DNA of 64,000 nt from contig JAVVTL010000002.1 in assembly GCA_036653715.1 (NCBI GenBank), positions 65 to 64,064 of the forward strand. Reading direction: 5' to 3'. Under the pieces are notes generated by a model, which was not told the DNA's origin, searched no databases, and saw nothing but the letters and a program-made list of their open reading frames with translations. Positions 27,810-38,656 of this stretch are shown piece by piece. Position 1 is the stretch's first letter. Every line of letters begins with the position of its first letter. The translations under genes were made by a program, and so were the position numbers. The DNA comes from Oscillospiraceae bacterium (GTDB taxonomy: Bacteria; Bacillota; Clostridia; Oscillospirales; Oscillospiraceae).

Positions 27810-28738
27810 TGAACGGACATCTTCCCGTGCTCCTGACGGAGTGCATAGATTATCTGAATATAAAGCCGGACGGCGTCTATGTGGACGGCACCCTCGGCAT
27901 GGGCGGGCACTCGGAGGAGATACTTCGCCGCCTCACTACGGGACGGCTTATCGCCATTGACCGCGACCTCGTCGCCGTCGAACGCGCGGGGGAGCGCCTC
28001 TCGCCGTATAAAGACAGGCTGACGGTCGTCCACGGCAATTTCCGCGACGTCGCCGATATACTCGCAGACCTCGGCGTCTCGGGCGTCTCGGGAATGCTGT
28101 TTGACCTCGGCGTGTCCTCGCCTCAGCTTGACGAATCCGAGCGGGGCTTCTCATATATGACCGACGCGCCGCTCGATATGCGCATGGACGGCACGGATAA
28201 GGTCGACGCATGGTTCATAGTGAACCACTGGCCGGAGGAAAAACTCAGGCGAATATTCTGGGACTTCGGCGAGGAACGTTTTTCCCCGCGCATAGCGGCG
28301 GCAATCGTCGCGCGCCGCGCCGAAAAAGAGATTCAAACCACCCTTGAGTTGGTGGATGTCATAAAAAGCGCCATGCCCGCTGCCGCGCTTCGAGAGAAGC
28401 AGCACCCGGCAAAGCGCAGCTTCCAGGCGATAAGAATCGCCGTAAACGACGAGCTTTCCGCAGTCTCCTCCATGATGGAGCGGGCACCGGATTGCCTTGC
28501 ACCCGGCGGCAGACTTGCCGTCATCAGTTTCCACTCTCTTGAGGACCGCATAGTCAAAAACGCCATTCAGGCGCGGGAAAAAGGCTGTACCTGCCCGAGA
28601 GAGGCCCCGGTATGCACCTGCGGGTTTGTCAGGACGCTCAAAAGCGTCACAAGAAAGCCCGTAACCGCAACCGGGGAGGAGCTTGAGACGAATCCGCGTG
28701 CCCGAAGCGCCAAGCTACGGGTTGCGGAACATGTTTAA
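27809..28738 (+). CDS. rsmH: 16S rRNA (cytosine1402-N4)-methyltransferase RsmH
   Basis: HLPVLL, DGTLGMGGHS, FDLGVSSPQLD and SFHSLEDRIVK. ATG 27809 overlaps the mraZ stop. Confidence 0.95.
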   Translation: MNGHLPVLLTECIDYLNIKPDGVYVDGTLGMGGHSEEILRRLTTGRLIAIDRDLVAVERAGERLSPYKDRLTVVHGNFRDVADILADLGVSGVSGMLFDLGVSSPQLDESERGFSYMTDAPLDMRMDGTDKVDAWFIVNHWPEEKLRRIFWDFGEERFSPRIAAAIVARRAEKEIQTTLELVDVIKSAMPAAALREKQHPAKRSFQAIRIAVNDELSAVSSMMERAPDCLAPGGRLAVISFHSLEDRIVKNAIQAREKGCTCPREAPVCTCGFVRTLKSVTRKPVTATGEELETNPRARSAKLRVAEHV

Positions 28739-28786
28739 GCGGCGACACAAGGTATTGTGTTTCCGGGCGAAAGGGGTTATAATGTC

Positions 28787-29338
28787 ATGAAGACAAAATC
28801 GGAGATTAAAAACAGACCCGGTGCCGTTCGCGGCAGTCTCGCCTATGACCTCGGCAATCCCGAGCTTTATCCGGAATACAGCTATGGCGTTCCGCTCGAT
28901 ATTCCCGCGGCACCCGAGCTTTCGGAGGAGGTCGTCTCCGCCGCCGGCAGCGTCGCGTCGGCACAGACAGTCTCGCCCGTGGCTTTCATTGGCTGCGCCA
29001 TTGCCGCCGTGCTCTTGATTTTTTCCCTGCTTGCGAGAGTCCAGCTCACCAAGGCCTCCGACCAATGCGTCGCGCTGGAGCAGAGCCTCGCCGAGCTTCA
29101 GGAGACAAACACAAAACTCCTTATCGCTCATGAGAGCACCTTCAACATGACCGAGATAGAGGACTACGCAGTAAACACCCTTGGAATGCAAAAGCCACGC
29201 AGCGACCAGCTCCACTACATCACCGGCAGCGCAGAGGACAGAGCCGTTGTTCTTGGCGAAACCGGGGCGGATGTCAGCTTTGTGGACAAGGTCGGCGATT
29301 TTCTTTCCTCGATAGGGGAATATTTCCACAGGGGATAA
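28787..29338 (+). CDS. ftsL: cell division protein FtsL-like (single TM + coiled coil)
   Basis: Conserved position between rsmH and the PBP gene. One TM (VAFIGCAIAAVLLIFSLL) followed by a coiled coil (LEQSLAELQETNTKL). Confidence 0.6.
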   Translation: MKTKSEIKNRPGAVRGSLAYDLGNPELYPEYSYGVPLDIPAAPELSEEVVSAAGSVASAQTVSPVAFIGCAIAAVLLIFSLLARVQLTKASDQCVALEQSLAELQETNTKLLIAHESTFNMTEIEDYAVNTLGMQKPRSDQLHYITGSAEDRAVVLGETGADVSFVDKVGDFLSSIGEYFHRG

Positions 29339-29390
29339 CAGTAAAATTCCATACAGGGAATTTGCCCGGGCTTTTTTCAAGGAGAACGAT

Positions 29391-31721
29391 ATGTCCCATA
29401 AGACCGAGGACCGTCCCGGATTTGCGGGACCCAACAAAACAATGCTTCGCCGCACACTGTCTCTTGTGATCGTGTGCGGCATAGTTGCATTTATAGTACT
29501 GGCTGCAAAGCTCTACCAAATACAGATTATCAAGCACGACGAGTATGAAGCCGCCGCCATCGACCAGCAGGTGAGAGAGACGACCGTCTCCGCCTCACGA
29601 GGCGCCATCTACGACAGAACCGGCAAAATCCTCGCCATGAGCGCCACGGTGGACACGATTTACATCAGCCCGCACGAGATAGAACAATACGGGGAAGACC
29701 CGCGCCTCATTGCCGCCGGCCTCTCCGAAATTCTCGGCGTGGACTACGCCAAGATACTCGATATGACGGCGGACACAAGCTCGTGGTATAAGACCGTCGC
29801 CCGAAAGGTCGAGCAGCCGATAGCCGACCAGGTGCGCGAATTCAAAAAAACAAACGACCTGAAGGGCGTCAAGCTCCAGACGGACTCCAAGCGCTATTAC
29901 CCCTACGGGAGCCTCGCCGCCCACGTCATAGGCTTCGTCGGTACGGACAACTACGGTCTGTCCGGCTTGGAGAGCAAATACAATTCTGTCCTTGAAGGCG
30001 CAGCGGGCAAGACCATCCGCTCCACCACGGGGGCCGGCACCGAGATGCTCTATTCAAACTTTGAGGGCTACTACGACGCCAAAGACGGCGATGATATCAC
30101 CGTGACCCTTGATGCCGCGATTCAATACTTCGCGGAGAAGCATTTGGCACAGGCGATTGCGGACTACGACATCAAAAACGGTGCCGCCGCAATAGTCATG
30201 GATGTTGACACAGGTGCTATACTTGCAATGTCCTCAATGGGCGACTTTGACCTCAACGACTACCAAACCATCTCCGAATCGGCGCTTGCAGATATCGAAG
30301 AAGAGGCGCAGACAGAGGAACAATACGACCTCCTCTACGCTCAGGCCCAGCAGCTCCAGTGGCGCAATAAGGCTCTCTCGGACACCTATGACCCGGGCTC
30401 CACCTTCAAGATAATCACGCTTGCCATGGCACTGAACGAGGGCGTCGTCAAGGAAAGCGACAGCTTTTACTGCGGCGGAAGCCGACTGGTTACGGGTGAC
30501 ACCAAGCCTCGAAGCTGCTGGAAGACGGGTGGACACGGCTCGCAGACCCTCACCCAAGCAATTCAGCATTCCTGCAACGTTGCGCTCATGGATATGGGCC
30601 TGAAGGTCGGTGCCGAGAAATTCTACGAATACGCCGAGGGCTTCGGCTTCCTGACCCGCAGTCAAAACAAGGATGCGCCCCTGTCCGCCAAAACGGGCAT
30701 TGACCTCTCGGGAGAGAGCGGCAGCATTTGGTGGAGCGAGAACGTCTTCACAAAAAAAGATAACCTCTCCCAGCTTGCGGCGGCGTCCTTCGGTCAGACC
30801 TTCACGATAACCCCGCTTCAGCTCATAACAGCCGTCTCCGCCTGCGTCAACGGCGGAAATCTGATGAAACCCTATATCGTCGAAAAAGTCACCGATACCG
30901 ACGGCAAGCTCGTCGAGGAGACGGAGCCGACACTCGTGCGCAAGGTCATAAGCAAGGAGACGAGCACAGAGGTCTGCAAGATACTCGAAAAGGTCGTCGG
31001 CGACCCTGTCGAGGGGACGGGCAAGAACGCCTATGTCGCGGGCTACCGCATCGGCGGCAAGACCGGCACCTCCGAAAAAGTCAGCCTGCTCGTCGAGACG
31101 GGCAAAAAAGAATATATCGTCTCCTTTATCGGCTTCGCGCCGGCGGATAAGCCCGAGATAGCGATTCTCGTCCTGCTTGACAATCCGCAGTCCAGCACGG
31201 TCTATGTCAGCGGAGGTCAGATGGCGGCGCCCGTGGTCGGCAGAATGTTCGCCGATATACTGCCCTATATGGGCATCGAACCCCAATACACCGAAAACGA
31301 GGAAAAGTTCCTTGACAAATCCGTGCCGAGCATAGTCGGACTTGACCTCGAAACCGCTAAGGCAACGCTTGCGAAGTTCGGCCTGTCCGGCCGCGTTGTC
31401 GGAAGCGGCGGCACAGTCACAAATCAGCTTCCCAAGGCAAACTCGATTATCGCCGCGAACAGCGAGGTCATAATCTATGCGGACGCCGAGCCTTCGGGCG
31501 ATATGGAGGAGATGCTCGATCTCACCGATTTGCCCTACGACATAGCGCGGCAGCGTTTGGCGTATTACGGCCTGTTCATCCGAACGGACAGCTCGGTCAC
31601 AAATGCGGCCACGCAGCTCATATCGACGCAGGCAATACCAATGGGAACCAAGGTCGAACACGGTACGGTAGTGGAGGTCACGCTCGTCACAAACGACGCG
31701 GCTATCCTCGGTATATACTAA
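29391..31721 (+). CDS. class B penicillin-binding protein with C-terminal PASTA domains (FtsI/SpoVD-type)
   Basis: N-terminal TM, dimerisation domain, and transpeptidase motifs STFK (GSTFKI), SCN (HSCNV) and KTG (GKTGTS). There are two PASTA-like repeats at the C-terminus. Confidence 0.9.
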   Translation: MSHKTEDRPGFAGPNKTMLRRTLSLVIVCGIVAFIVLAAKLYQIQIIKHDEYEAAAIDQQVRETTVSASRGAIYDRTGKILAMSATVDTIYISPHEIEQYGEDPRLIAAGLSEILGVDYAKILDMTADTSSWYKTVARKVEQPIADQVREFKKTNDLKGVKLQTDSKRYYPYGSLAAHVIGFVGTDNYGLSGLESKYNSVLEGAAGKTIRSTTGAGTEMLYSNFEGYYDAKDGDDITVTLDAAIQYFAEKHLAQAIADYDIKNGAAAIVMDVDTGAILAMSSMGDFDLNDYQTISESALADIEEEAQTEEQYDLLYAQAQQLQWRNKALSDTYDPGSTFKIITLAMALNEGVVKESDSFYCGGSRLVTGDTKPRSCWKTGGHGSQTLTQAIQHSCNVALMDMGLKVGAEKFYEYAEGFGFLTRSQNKDAPLSAKTGIDLSGESGSIWWSENVFTKKDNLSQLAAASFGQTFTITPLQLITAVSACVNGGNLMKPYIVEKVTDTDGKLVEETEPTLVRKVISKETSTEVCKILEKVVGDPVEGTGKNAYVAGYRIGGKTGTSEKVSLLVETGKKEYIVSFIGFAPADKPEIAILVLLDNPQSSTVYVSGGQMAAPVVGRMFADILPYMGIEPQYTENEEKFLDKSVPSIVGLDLETAKATLAKFGLSGRVVGSGGTVTNQLPKANSIIAANSEVIIYADAEPSGDMEEMLDLTDLPYDIARQRLAYYGLFIRTDSSVTNAATQLISTQAIPMGTKVEHGTVVEVTLVTNDAAILGIY

Positions 31722-31735
31722 GACGGAGGCTCATA

Positions 31736-33193
31736 ATGAAACTTATCGCCCTGTTGAAGGATATTGATGTAATTGAAATGCACGCGCAGCCGGAGACGGA
31801 AATTGCGGACGTCTTCTACGACTCCCGCGCCGTCAAGCCCGATGGGCTGTTCGTCGCCATACGCGGCTTTGAGGCAGACGGCCACCTCTACATTCCCGCG
31901 GCTCTTGAGAAGGGCGCTGTCTGCGTCATATGCGAGCAGCCGCCCGAGGCGGAGATTCCCTATGTCCTCGTGCGGGACAGCCGCGCGGCATTGGCGCTCG
32001 CCTCGCGCAATCTTTTCGGCGACCCCTCGGCGGAGCTTTGCGTCATAGGCGTCACCGGCACAAACGGCAAGACGACGACGACGCAGCTTCTGAAGCATCT
32101 TTTGGAGTTCTGCCTGAGCGCAAAGGTCGGGCTTGTCGGCACAAACGGCAACATGATAGGCGACGAGCTGCTCCCGACGGAGCGCACGACGCCGGAATCC
32201 TACGAGCTGCAAAAGCTCTTTCGGCAAATGGCGGAAGCCGGCTGTACACATGTTGTCATGGAGGTTTCCTCCCACTCGCTCGCGCTCGAGCGCGTCGCGG
32301 GAATCAAATTTGCCGTCGGCGTCTTCACCAATCTGACGCAGGACCACCTCGATTTCCACAAGGATATGGAGGACTATGCCCGCGCAAAGGCAAAGCTCTT
32401 TCCCATGTGCGAGCACTGCGCCGTGAACCTTGACGACGACTGGTCGGGCTTCATGAGCGAGTCGTCGCGCTCCCCGGTCTTCACCTTCTCCGAGAAGCAC
32501 AACGAGGCAAATCTTGTCGCAAAGGACATACGCCTTTCCGTCTCGGGCGTCAAATTCTGCGTGCTGCTCGGCAACGAGCTGCAGCGGGTGAGTCTGGGCA
32601 TACCGGGACTTTTTTCCGTCTATAATGCCCTTGGTGTCATAGCCTGTGCGTCGCTTTTGGGCATCCCGCTCCCGCAGTGCGCGGAAGCGCTGGCGAGCGC
32701 AAAGGGCGTGAAGGGCAGGGTGGAGGTCGTGCCGACGGACGGGGACTATACCATCCTCATCGACTACGCCCATACGCCGGATGCGCTTGAAAATGTCCTG
32801 CGCTCCATGCGCGCCGTGGCTCAGGGCCGCGTCGTCGTCCTTTTCGGCTGCGGCGGGGACAGGGACAGAACAAAGCGCCCGAAGATGGGGCGCATCGCCG
32901 CCGATAACGCCGATTTTGTCATCGTCACCTCCGACAACCCAAGGACAGAGGCGCCGGAGGCAATAATCTCCGAGATTGTCGAGGGGATGAAGGGCACAAA
33001 AACCCACCGCAAGGTCATAACGGGCCGCCCGCAGGCAATCGAGTGGGCAATAGAAAACCACCGCGCCGGCGACCTCATAATCCTCGCGGGCAAGGGTCAC
33101 GAGGACTATCAGATAGTCGGCAAGACCAAGCACCACATGGACGAGCGCGAGATAGTTGCGGAGATACTTGAGAAAAGGAAGATCAACCAATGA
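31736..33193 (+). CDS. murE: UDP-N-acetylmuramoyl-L-alanyl-D-glutamate--2,6-diaminopimelate ligase
   Basis: GVTGTNGKTTTT P-loop and the DNPR motif (SDNPRTE) typical of meso-DAP-adding MurE. Confidence 0.9.
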   Translation: MKLIALLKDIDVIEMHAQPETEIADVFYDSRAVKPDGLFVAIRGFEADGHLYIPAALEKGAVCVICEQPPEAEIPYVLVRDSRAALALASRNLFGDPSAELCVIGVTGTNGKTTTTQLLKHLLEFCLSAKVGLVGTNGNMIGDELLPTERTTPESYELQKLFRQMAEAGCTHVVMEVSSHSLALERVAGIKFAVGVFTNLTQDHLDFHKDMEDYARAKAKLFPMCEHCAVNLDDDWSGFMSESSRSPVFTFSEKHNEANLVAKDIRLSVSGVKFCVLLGNELQRVSLGIPGLFSVYNALGVIACASLLGIPLPQCAEALASAKGVKGRVEVVPTDGDYTILIDYAHTPDALENVLRSMRAVAQGRVVVLFGCGGDRDRTKRPKMGRIAADNADFVIVTSDNPRTEAPEAIISEIVEGMKGTKTHRKVITGRPQAIEWAIENHRAGDLIILAGKGHEDYQIVGKTKHHMDEREIVAEILEKRKINQ

Positions 33194-34203
33194 CGGTAAA
33201 GCTCATTTTGGCTTTTTTAATAGCATTCCTTGTTTCCACGGGGGTAGGGGCATTTTTGGTGCCGTGGCTCCGCAGGATAAAGGCGGGTCAGTCCATCCGG
33301 GAGGACGGCCCCGTTTGGCACATGTCAAAGTCCGGCACCCCCACCATGGGCGGACTTATGTTCGTCGCCGCCTGCGTCGTCGTCTCTCTCACAGTCGGCT
33401 TCGGCTCAATGCTCGAGGGGGACTGGGGACACATCCTCGTCCTGCTGTTTGCCATCGCCTTCGGTGCCATCGGCTTTCTTGACGACTGGGAAAAGCTCAA
33501 AAAGAAACAGAACCTCGGCCTGAGGGCAAAAAGCAAATTCATCCTCCAGCTCGCCGTCGCCGTCGCCTTCATATATCTCCTGCGCCACTTCGGCTACGTC
33601 GGCACGAGCCTCTATATACCCTTCTTCAATACCCAGCTCCCAATGCCGGAGCCGCTGTATTTCATCTTTGCCGCCTTCGCCATCGTCGCCACGGTTAACG
33701 CCGTGAACCTGACGGACGGCGTGGACGGCCTTGCCGCCGGCACCAGTATGCCGGTCTGCCTGTTTTTTGTCGCCGTGACCTTCCTGTGGGGCGAGCGATA
33801 TCTCTCGCTCGGCATATTCGCCTCGGGACTTCTTGGCGGTCTGCTCGGCTTTCTTGTCTATAACTTTAACCCCGCCAAGGTGTTTATGGGCGACACGGGC
33901 TCGCTGTTTCTTGGCGGAGCCGTCGCGGGACTTGCCTTTACCTACGATATGCCGCTCATAATTCTCGTTGTCGGCGTCATATATGTACTTGAGGCGCTTT
34001 CGGATGTCATACAGGTCGGCTATTTCAAGCTCTCGCACGGCAAGCGTGTCTTCAAAATGGCACCCTTCCACCATCACCTTGAGATGGGCGGCTGGTCGGG
34101 CAAAAAATGGACGGAAAAGCAGCTTTTCCTGCTGTTTACGGGGGTTTCCCTCGTCGGCGCGGTCATCGCCTTCATCGGCGTCTACGGGCGCTTCGGATTT
34201 TAA
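33190..34203 (+). CDS. mraY: phospho-N-acetylmuramoyl-pentapeptide-transferase
   Basis: Polytopic protein with TPTMGG, NLTDGVDGLA, FMGDTGSLFLGG and HHHLE. Confidence 0.95.
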   Translation: MTVKLILAFLIAFLVSTGVGAFLVPWLRRIKAGQSIREDGPVWHMSKSGTPTMGGLMFVAACVVVSLTVGFGSMLEGDWGHILVLLFAIAFGAIGFLDDWEKLKKKQNLGLRAKSKFILQLAVAVAFIYLLRHFGYVGTSLYIPFFNTQLPMPEPLYFIFAAFAIVATVNAVNLTDGVDGLAAGTSMPVCLFFVAVTFLWGERYLSLGIFASGLLGGLLGFLVYNFNPAKVFMGDTGSLFLGGAVAGLAFTYDMPLIILVVGVIYVLEALSDVIQVGYFKLSHGKRVFKMAPFHHHLEMGGWSGKKWTEKQLFLLFTGVSLVGAVIAFIGVYGRFGF

Positions 34204-34233
34204 CACGGCGTTTTTTGAGAGGAGCGTGGGCTT

Positions 34234-35391
34234 ATGCAATATGAGGACACAAGGCTTGCGGACTATACCGAGGATTCCTCGATAGGTCGCGGCGGCTTTG
34301 ACCTGCCCTTTGCCATCATAACCCTGCTGCTGCTCACAATCGGCGTCGTCATGGTGCTCTCCGCGAGCTATGCCAGAGCCTATTACAGCGACGCAACACA
34401 GCATAAGGCAACCTATTACTTCATACGCCAGCTCCTGTTTGCCGCTGCCGGCATCGGCGTAATGCTTCTAATATCGAAATTTCCTATGGCGTTTTTCCGC
34501 CGTATTTCCCCTATAATCATGATAGTCGCGCTTGTCACCCTGCTCGCCGTGCCGATTATCGGCTCCAAGATTAACGGCGCAAAGCGCTGGATTGACCTCG
34601 GCTTCACGACCTTTCAGCCCTCGGAGATTGCAAAAATTGCCGTAATCATGTACTTTGCCGCAATGATATGCAAATACAAGGGCAGGATGAAAACCTTCCG
34701 CTACGGCATAATGCCATTCGGAATCATTTTGCTTGTAATCGTCGGTCTGCTCATACTCGAGCCGCATTTTTCCGCCAGTATAATCATCATCGCCATAGGC
34801 GCTGTGATGCTCTACCTCGGCGGCGCGCGGCTTATTTGGTTTGTGGGCGGCGTGACGGCAATCGGCGGCGCACTGGCCATCATAATGACCTTTTTCCCCT
34901 ATGCGTCCGACCGTATAAATACATGGCGCGACCCCTTCTCCTATATGCAGGGCGACGGCTACCAAATCGTCCAGTCGCTCTACTCCATCGGCTCGGGCGG
35001 GCTTCTTGGCCTCGGCCTCGGGCAGAGCCGCCAAAAATACCTCTATCTGCCGGAGGAGCACAACGACTTTATCTTCTCCGTCGTCTGCGAGGAGCTTGGC
35101 TTTATCGGCGCAGTCACAATATTACTGCTTTTTGCGCTTCTCATAATACGCGGCTATTGGCTCGCAATGCACATGAAGGACAGATACAGCTTCCTTGTCA
35201 CGGCGGGAATCACCACGCTTTTGGCAATGCAGGTCATCCTCAATGTCTCTGTCGTCACAAACCTCATCCCCTGCACGGGCATATCCCTGCCGTTCTTCTC
35301 ATACGGCGGAACGGCACTGCTTATACAGCTCGCCGAGATGGGCGTAATTCTGAGCGCCTCGCGCGATATCCCCGCTAAGTCCTCGGGGTAA
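34234..35391 (+). CDS. ftsW: SEDS-family peptidoglycan glycosyltransferase FtsW/SpoVE
   Basis: SEDS motifs (RWIDLGFTTFQPSE, PEEHNDFIFSV, LPFFSYGGTA) and position in the dcw cluster. Confidence 0.9.
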   Translation: MQYEDTRLADYTEDSSIGRGGFDLPFAIITLLLLTIGVVMVLSASYARAYYSDATQHKATYYFIRQLLFAAAGIGVMLLISKFPMAFFRRISPIIMIVALVTLLAVPIIGSKINGAKRWIDLGFTTFQPSEIAKIAVIMYFAAMICKYKGRMKTFRYGIMPFGIILLVIVGLLILEPHFSASIIIIAIGAVMLYLGGARLIWFVGGVTAIGGALAIIMTFFPYASDRINTWRDPFSYMQGDGYQIVQSLYSIGSGGLLGLGLGQSRQKYLYLPEEHNDFIFSVVCEELGFIGAVTILLLFALLIIRGYWLAMHMKDRYSFLVTAGITTLLAMQVILNVSVVTNLIPCTGISLPFFSYGGTALLIQLAEMGVILSASRDIPAKSSG

Positions 35392-35442
35392 GCCGATACC
35401 TGCGGAGAGCTCATTTACGCAAAAACAAACGGAGGAAACACA

Positions 35443-36564
35443 ATGCGATTTCTTTTCACCTGTGGAGGCACGGCCGGCCACATTAATCCCGCTCTCGCCG
35501 TGGCGGGAAGGCTGCGCGAGGCGATGCCCGATTCGGAATTCCTGTTTATCGGCGCTCAGGGGCGCATGGAGACCGATTTGGTGCCGCGCGCGGGCTACGA
35601 GATAAAAACCGTCAAAATAACAAACATACACCGCAGCTTCAAGCCCTCGGAGATAATGCACAATCTCCACACGCTGAAGAACGTCGCGGCTTCCATTGCC
35701 GAGTCCAAGCGCATAATCCGCGAATTTGCGCCGGACGTCGCAATCGGCACCGGCGGCTATGTCTGCTATCCCGTGCTCAAGGCGGCGTCGGAGCTGTCCG
35801 TTCCCACCGCCGTGCACGAGTCAAACGCCGTCCCGGGGCTCACAACCAAGATGCTCGAGAACGTTGTCTCCGCCATCATGGTCGGCTTCGAGGAGAGCCG
35901 CGGGAATTACCGACACTCCGACAGGGTCGTCGTCACCGGCACCCCCATACTGGGGGACTTTCTGCGTGAGGACAGAGCCGCCGCAAGAAGGGCGCTCGGC
36001 ATCTCCGAGGACAGGCCGCTCGTCGTCTCCGTTTGGGGCAGCCTCGGCGCGTCTCACATGAACGACGTAATGGCTGACTTTATCGTCCGCGCCTGCGGAA
36101 ATTCCTTCTTTGACCTCATCCATTCCGCCGGCAAGGCGGGACATTCCCACATGACGGAGATTTTGGATAGGGAATGCCCGGATTACCGCGCCCACGGCAT
36201 GGATGTGCGCGACTACATCTACGATATGCCGCGCGTTATGGCGGCGGCAGACCTTGTCCTCTGCCGAGGCGGCGCTTCGACACTTGCGGAGCTCACGGGC
36301 ATGGCAAAGCCGGCAATCCTTGTGCCCTCGCCGAACGTCACAAACAACCATCAGGAGAAAAACGCCCGCGTCCTCGAAAACGCCGGCGGAGCACGGGTTT
36401 TGCTCGAGCCGGATTTTACGGCGGACAGCCTGCTTGGCATAGTCTCCGAGCTTTTGAGCCACCCCGAGCAGCTTGCCGCGATGTCCGCAAGCATGCGCTC
36501 CCTTGCCGTTCCGGACGCCGCCGACCGCATGGCGGAGCTTGTGCTGAAGCTTGCCGCCGACTAA
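35443..36564 (+). CDS. murG: UDP-N-acetylglucosamine--N-acetylmuramyl-(pentapeptide) pyrophosphoryl-undecaprenol N-acetylglucosamine transferase
   Basis: GGTAGHINPALAV, and a C-terminal GASTLAE...PSPNVTNNHQEKNA. Confidence 0.95.
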   Translation: MRFLFTCGGTAGHINPALAVAGRLREAMPDSEFLFIGAQGRMETDLVPRAGYEIKTVKITNIHRSFKPSEIMHNLHTLKNVAASIAESKRIIREFAPDVAIGTGGYVCYPVLKAASELSVPTAVHESNAVPGLTTKMLENVVSAIMVGFEESRGNYRHSDRVVVTGTPILGDFLREDRAAARRALGISEDRPLVVSVWGSLGASHMNDVMADFIVRACGNSFFDLIHSAGKAGHSHMTEILDRECPDYRAHGMDVRDYIYDMPRVMAAADLVLCRGGASTLAELTGMAKPAILVPSPNVTNNHQEKNARVLENAGGARVLLEPDFTADSLLGIVSELLSHPEQLAAMSASMRSLAVPDAADRMAELVLKLAAD

Positions 36565-36620
36565 CATATTTCCCCCCGCGAGCATAGAATGGCGTGAATT
36601 TGTTTCTTGGGGGAAAAACG

Positions 36621-37874
36621 ATGAGCGTTTGGCATATAAACGGCGAAAACCGTCTCTGCGGCAGCAGCACCGTACAGGGCTCAAAAAACTCTGTGCTGCC
36701 CATAATGGCGGCCTCCGTCCTCGCGCCCTGCGAGACGGAGCTTTTGAATGTCCCGAGGCTTCGGGACGTGGAGAAAACCATTGCGATACTTCGCATGCTC
36801 GGCTGCAAGGTCGACAGAACGGACGACGCGGTGACCATAGATTCCTCGCAGCTTTCACACGCGGAGATTCCGCATGAGCTGATGCGTGAGCTGCGCTCCT
36901 CCGTAATCTTCCTCGGCGCACTGCTCGCCCGCTGCGGAGAGGCGCGGCTCTCGCTTCCCGGCGGCTGTGAGCTGGGGCCGAGGCCCGTTGACCTGCACCT
37001 GCTCGCCCTGCGCGCGCTCGGTGCGGAGATAATCGAGGACGGCGGCGACATAATCTGCCGCTCGTCGGGTCTTACGGGCGCAAGAATAGACTTTCCTTCG
37101 CCGAGCGTCGGCGCCACGGAAAACGCAATGCTCGCCGCCTGCGCGGCAAAGGGCGAAACAGTCATCACAAACGCCGCAAGAGAGCCGGAAATCGAGGAGC
37201 TGCAGGAGTTTTTGTCCCTGCTCGGCGCGGAGATTCACGGCGCGGGCAGCTCCACCGTAACCATCGGCGGATTTAAGCCCAAAAGTCGTGTGGGCTATCG
37301 GATAATGCCCGACCGCATAGTTGCCTCCACCATGCTTTGCGCCGCCGCCGCCACGGGGGGAGACTTGGAGCTGCGCGGGGTTGAGCCGCGGCGTTTTGCC
37401 GCAGTTTCCCGCTCGCTTTCCGATTGCGGGTGTGATATAATCACTACCGTCAGAAGTGTGAGACTCAGAAGCGAGGGGCGCCTTCGGGCGTCGGAGCCTG
37501 TCATCACGGCACCGTATCCCGGCTTCCCGACGGATGCGCAGCCCCTGCTCGTCGCCGCCTCCCTAAGGGCGCAGGGCACAACGGTATTCATCGAAAACGT
37601 CTTCTCAAACCGCTACCGCTATGTGCAGGAGCTGCTCCGCCTCGGTGCCAAAATCCGCACGGAGGGGCGCGTGGCGGTCGTCACCGGCGTAACCCGCCTC
37701 ACAGGCGCGCCGACGGAGGCACCGGATCTCCGCGGAGGCGCGGCGCTCATCATCGCCGGACTCTCCGCCGAGGGGACGACGGACATAACAGACCCCGAGC
37801 GCATCACAAGAGGCTATGAGAACTTTGACCTCAAGCTCCGCGCTCTCGGCGCGGATATAATCTGCGACCCTTAA
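36621..37874 (+). CDS. murA: UDP-N-acetylglucosamine 1-carboxyvinyltransferase (MurA paralog 2, inside the dcw cluster)
   Basis: GSKNS and the Cys loop LPGGCELGPRPVDLH. Colinear similarity to the 6688-7992 product is visible by eye. Start at ATG 36621. Confidence 0.9.
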   Translation: MSVWHINGENRLCGSSTVQGSKNSVLPIMAASVLAPCETELLNVPRLRDVEKTIAILRMLGCKVDRTDDAVTIDSSQLSHAEIPHELMRELRSSVIFLGALLARCGEARLSLPGGCELGPRPVDLHLLALRALGAEIIEDGGDIICRSSGLTGARIDFPSPSVGATENAMLAACAAKGETVITNAAREPEIEELQEFLSLLGAEIHGAGSSTVTIGGFKPKSRVGYRIMPDRIVASTMLCAAAATGGDLELRGVEPRRFAAVSRSLSDCGCDIITTVRSVRLRSEGRLRASEPVITAPYPGFPTDAQPLLVAASLRAQGTTVFIENVFSNRYRYVQELLRLGAKIRTEGRVAVVTGVTRLTGAPTEAPDLRGGAALIIAGLSAEGTTDITDPERITRGYENFDLKLRALGADIICDP

Positions 37875-37891
37875 CGAGAGAGGTAATACAT

Positions 37892-38656
37892 ATGCCGAAT
37901 ACCCCGCGGCAAAAGCCGCGCAGGAAGAAAAAGAAGCGAGGGGCGCTCTATGCCCCCATAGCCTTCATCATAATATGCGCCGCCCTCGTCTTTGGGATGA
38001 GCGTGTTTTTTCGCGTCTCGCGTATAGAGGTCAGCGGCAACTCCCTCTATACGGCAGAGGAAATCATGGACGCCGCCGGCATCGAAAAGGGCGACAACCT
38101 TTTCTTTACCAACCGCTCCGCGGCGGTGTCCCGCATCTACTCCAAGCTGCCCTATATATCCGAGGCGGAGGTAACCCGCTCGCTCCCCAACCGTGTCACC
38201 ATCGAGGTAACGGAGAGCAGCGCAATCGCCTGCGTCAGCTCGGAGGCGGGGCCGTGGCTCATCGACAGAAACTGCAAGCTCCTCACCCCCGCAGACGCGG
38301 AGACGGAGGGAACCTTCATCCGCGTGGACGGCTTGGTCCCCATAAGCCCCTCGGTCGGCGCGCTTATAGCCCCCGGCGAGGCGGATGACCCCAAGGTCGC
38401 CTATCTTGCGGATATGCTGAACCAAATCGAACGGCGAGGGCTGACGCAGGACGTCACATGGATAGACATCTCCTCTGCGCTTAACCCGTCCTTCGACTTT
38501 CAGGGTCGCTTTACCGTCAAGCTCGGCGCGAACGATAACACCGAATATAAGTTCGGCTTGCTGCTCTCGGCAGTCTCCCAGCTCGCCCCCGGCGACACCG
38601 GATTTATCGATCTCGACCTCTCGGTGGACAATAAAGCGCATTTTAGCCCCGCTTGA
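37892..38656 (+). CDS. ftsQ: cell division protein FtsQ/DivIB (POTRA domain)
   Basis: Basic N-terminus, one TM, and a POTRA-like VSRIEVSGNSLYTAEEI. It lies just upstream of ftsZ. Confidence 0.75.
   Translation: MPNTPRQKPRRKKKKRGALYAPIAFIIICAALVFGMSVFFRVSRIEVSGNSLYTAEEIMDAAGIEKGDNLFFTNRSAAVSRIYSKLPYISEAEVTRSLPNRVTIEVTESSAIACVSSEAGPWLIDRNCKLLTPADAETEGTFIRVDGLVPISPSVGALIAPGEADDPKVAYLADMLNQIERRGLTQDVTWIDISSALNPSFDFQGRFTVKLGANDNTEYKFGLLLSAVSQLAPGDTGFIDLDLSVDNKAHFSPA

Noticed and set aside
30234-33190. Two long - strand ORFs (475 and 490 aa).
   Set aside because: They are antisense to the PBP and murE genes, both of which have unambiguous catalytic motifs. Shadow ORFs.
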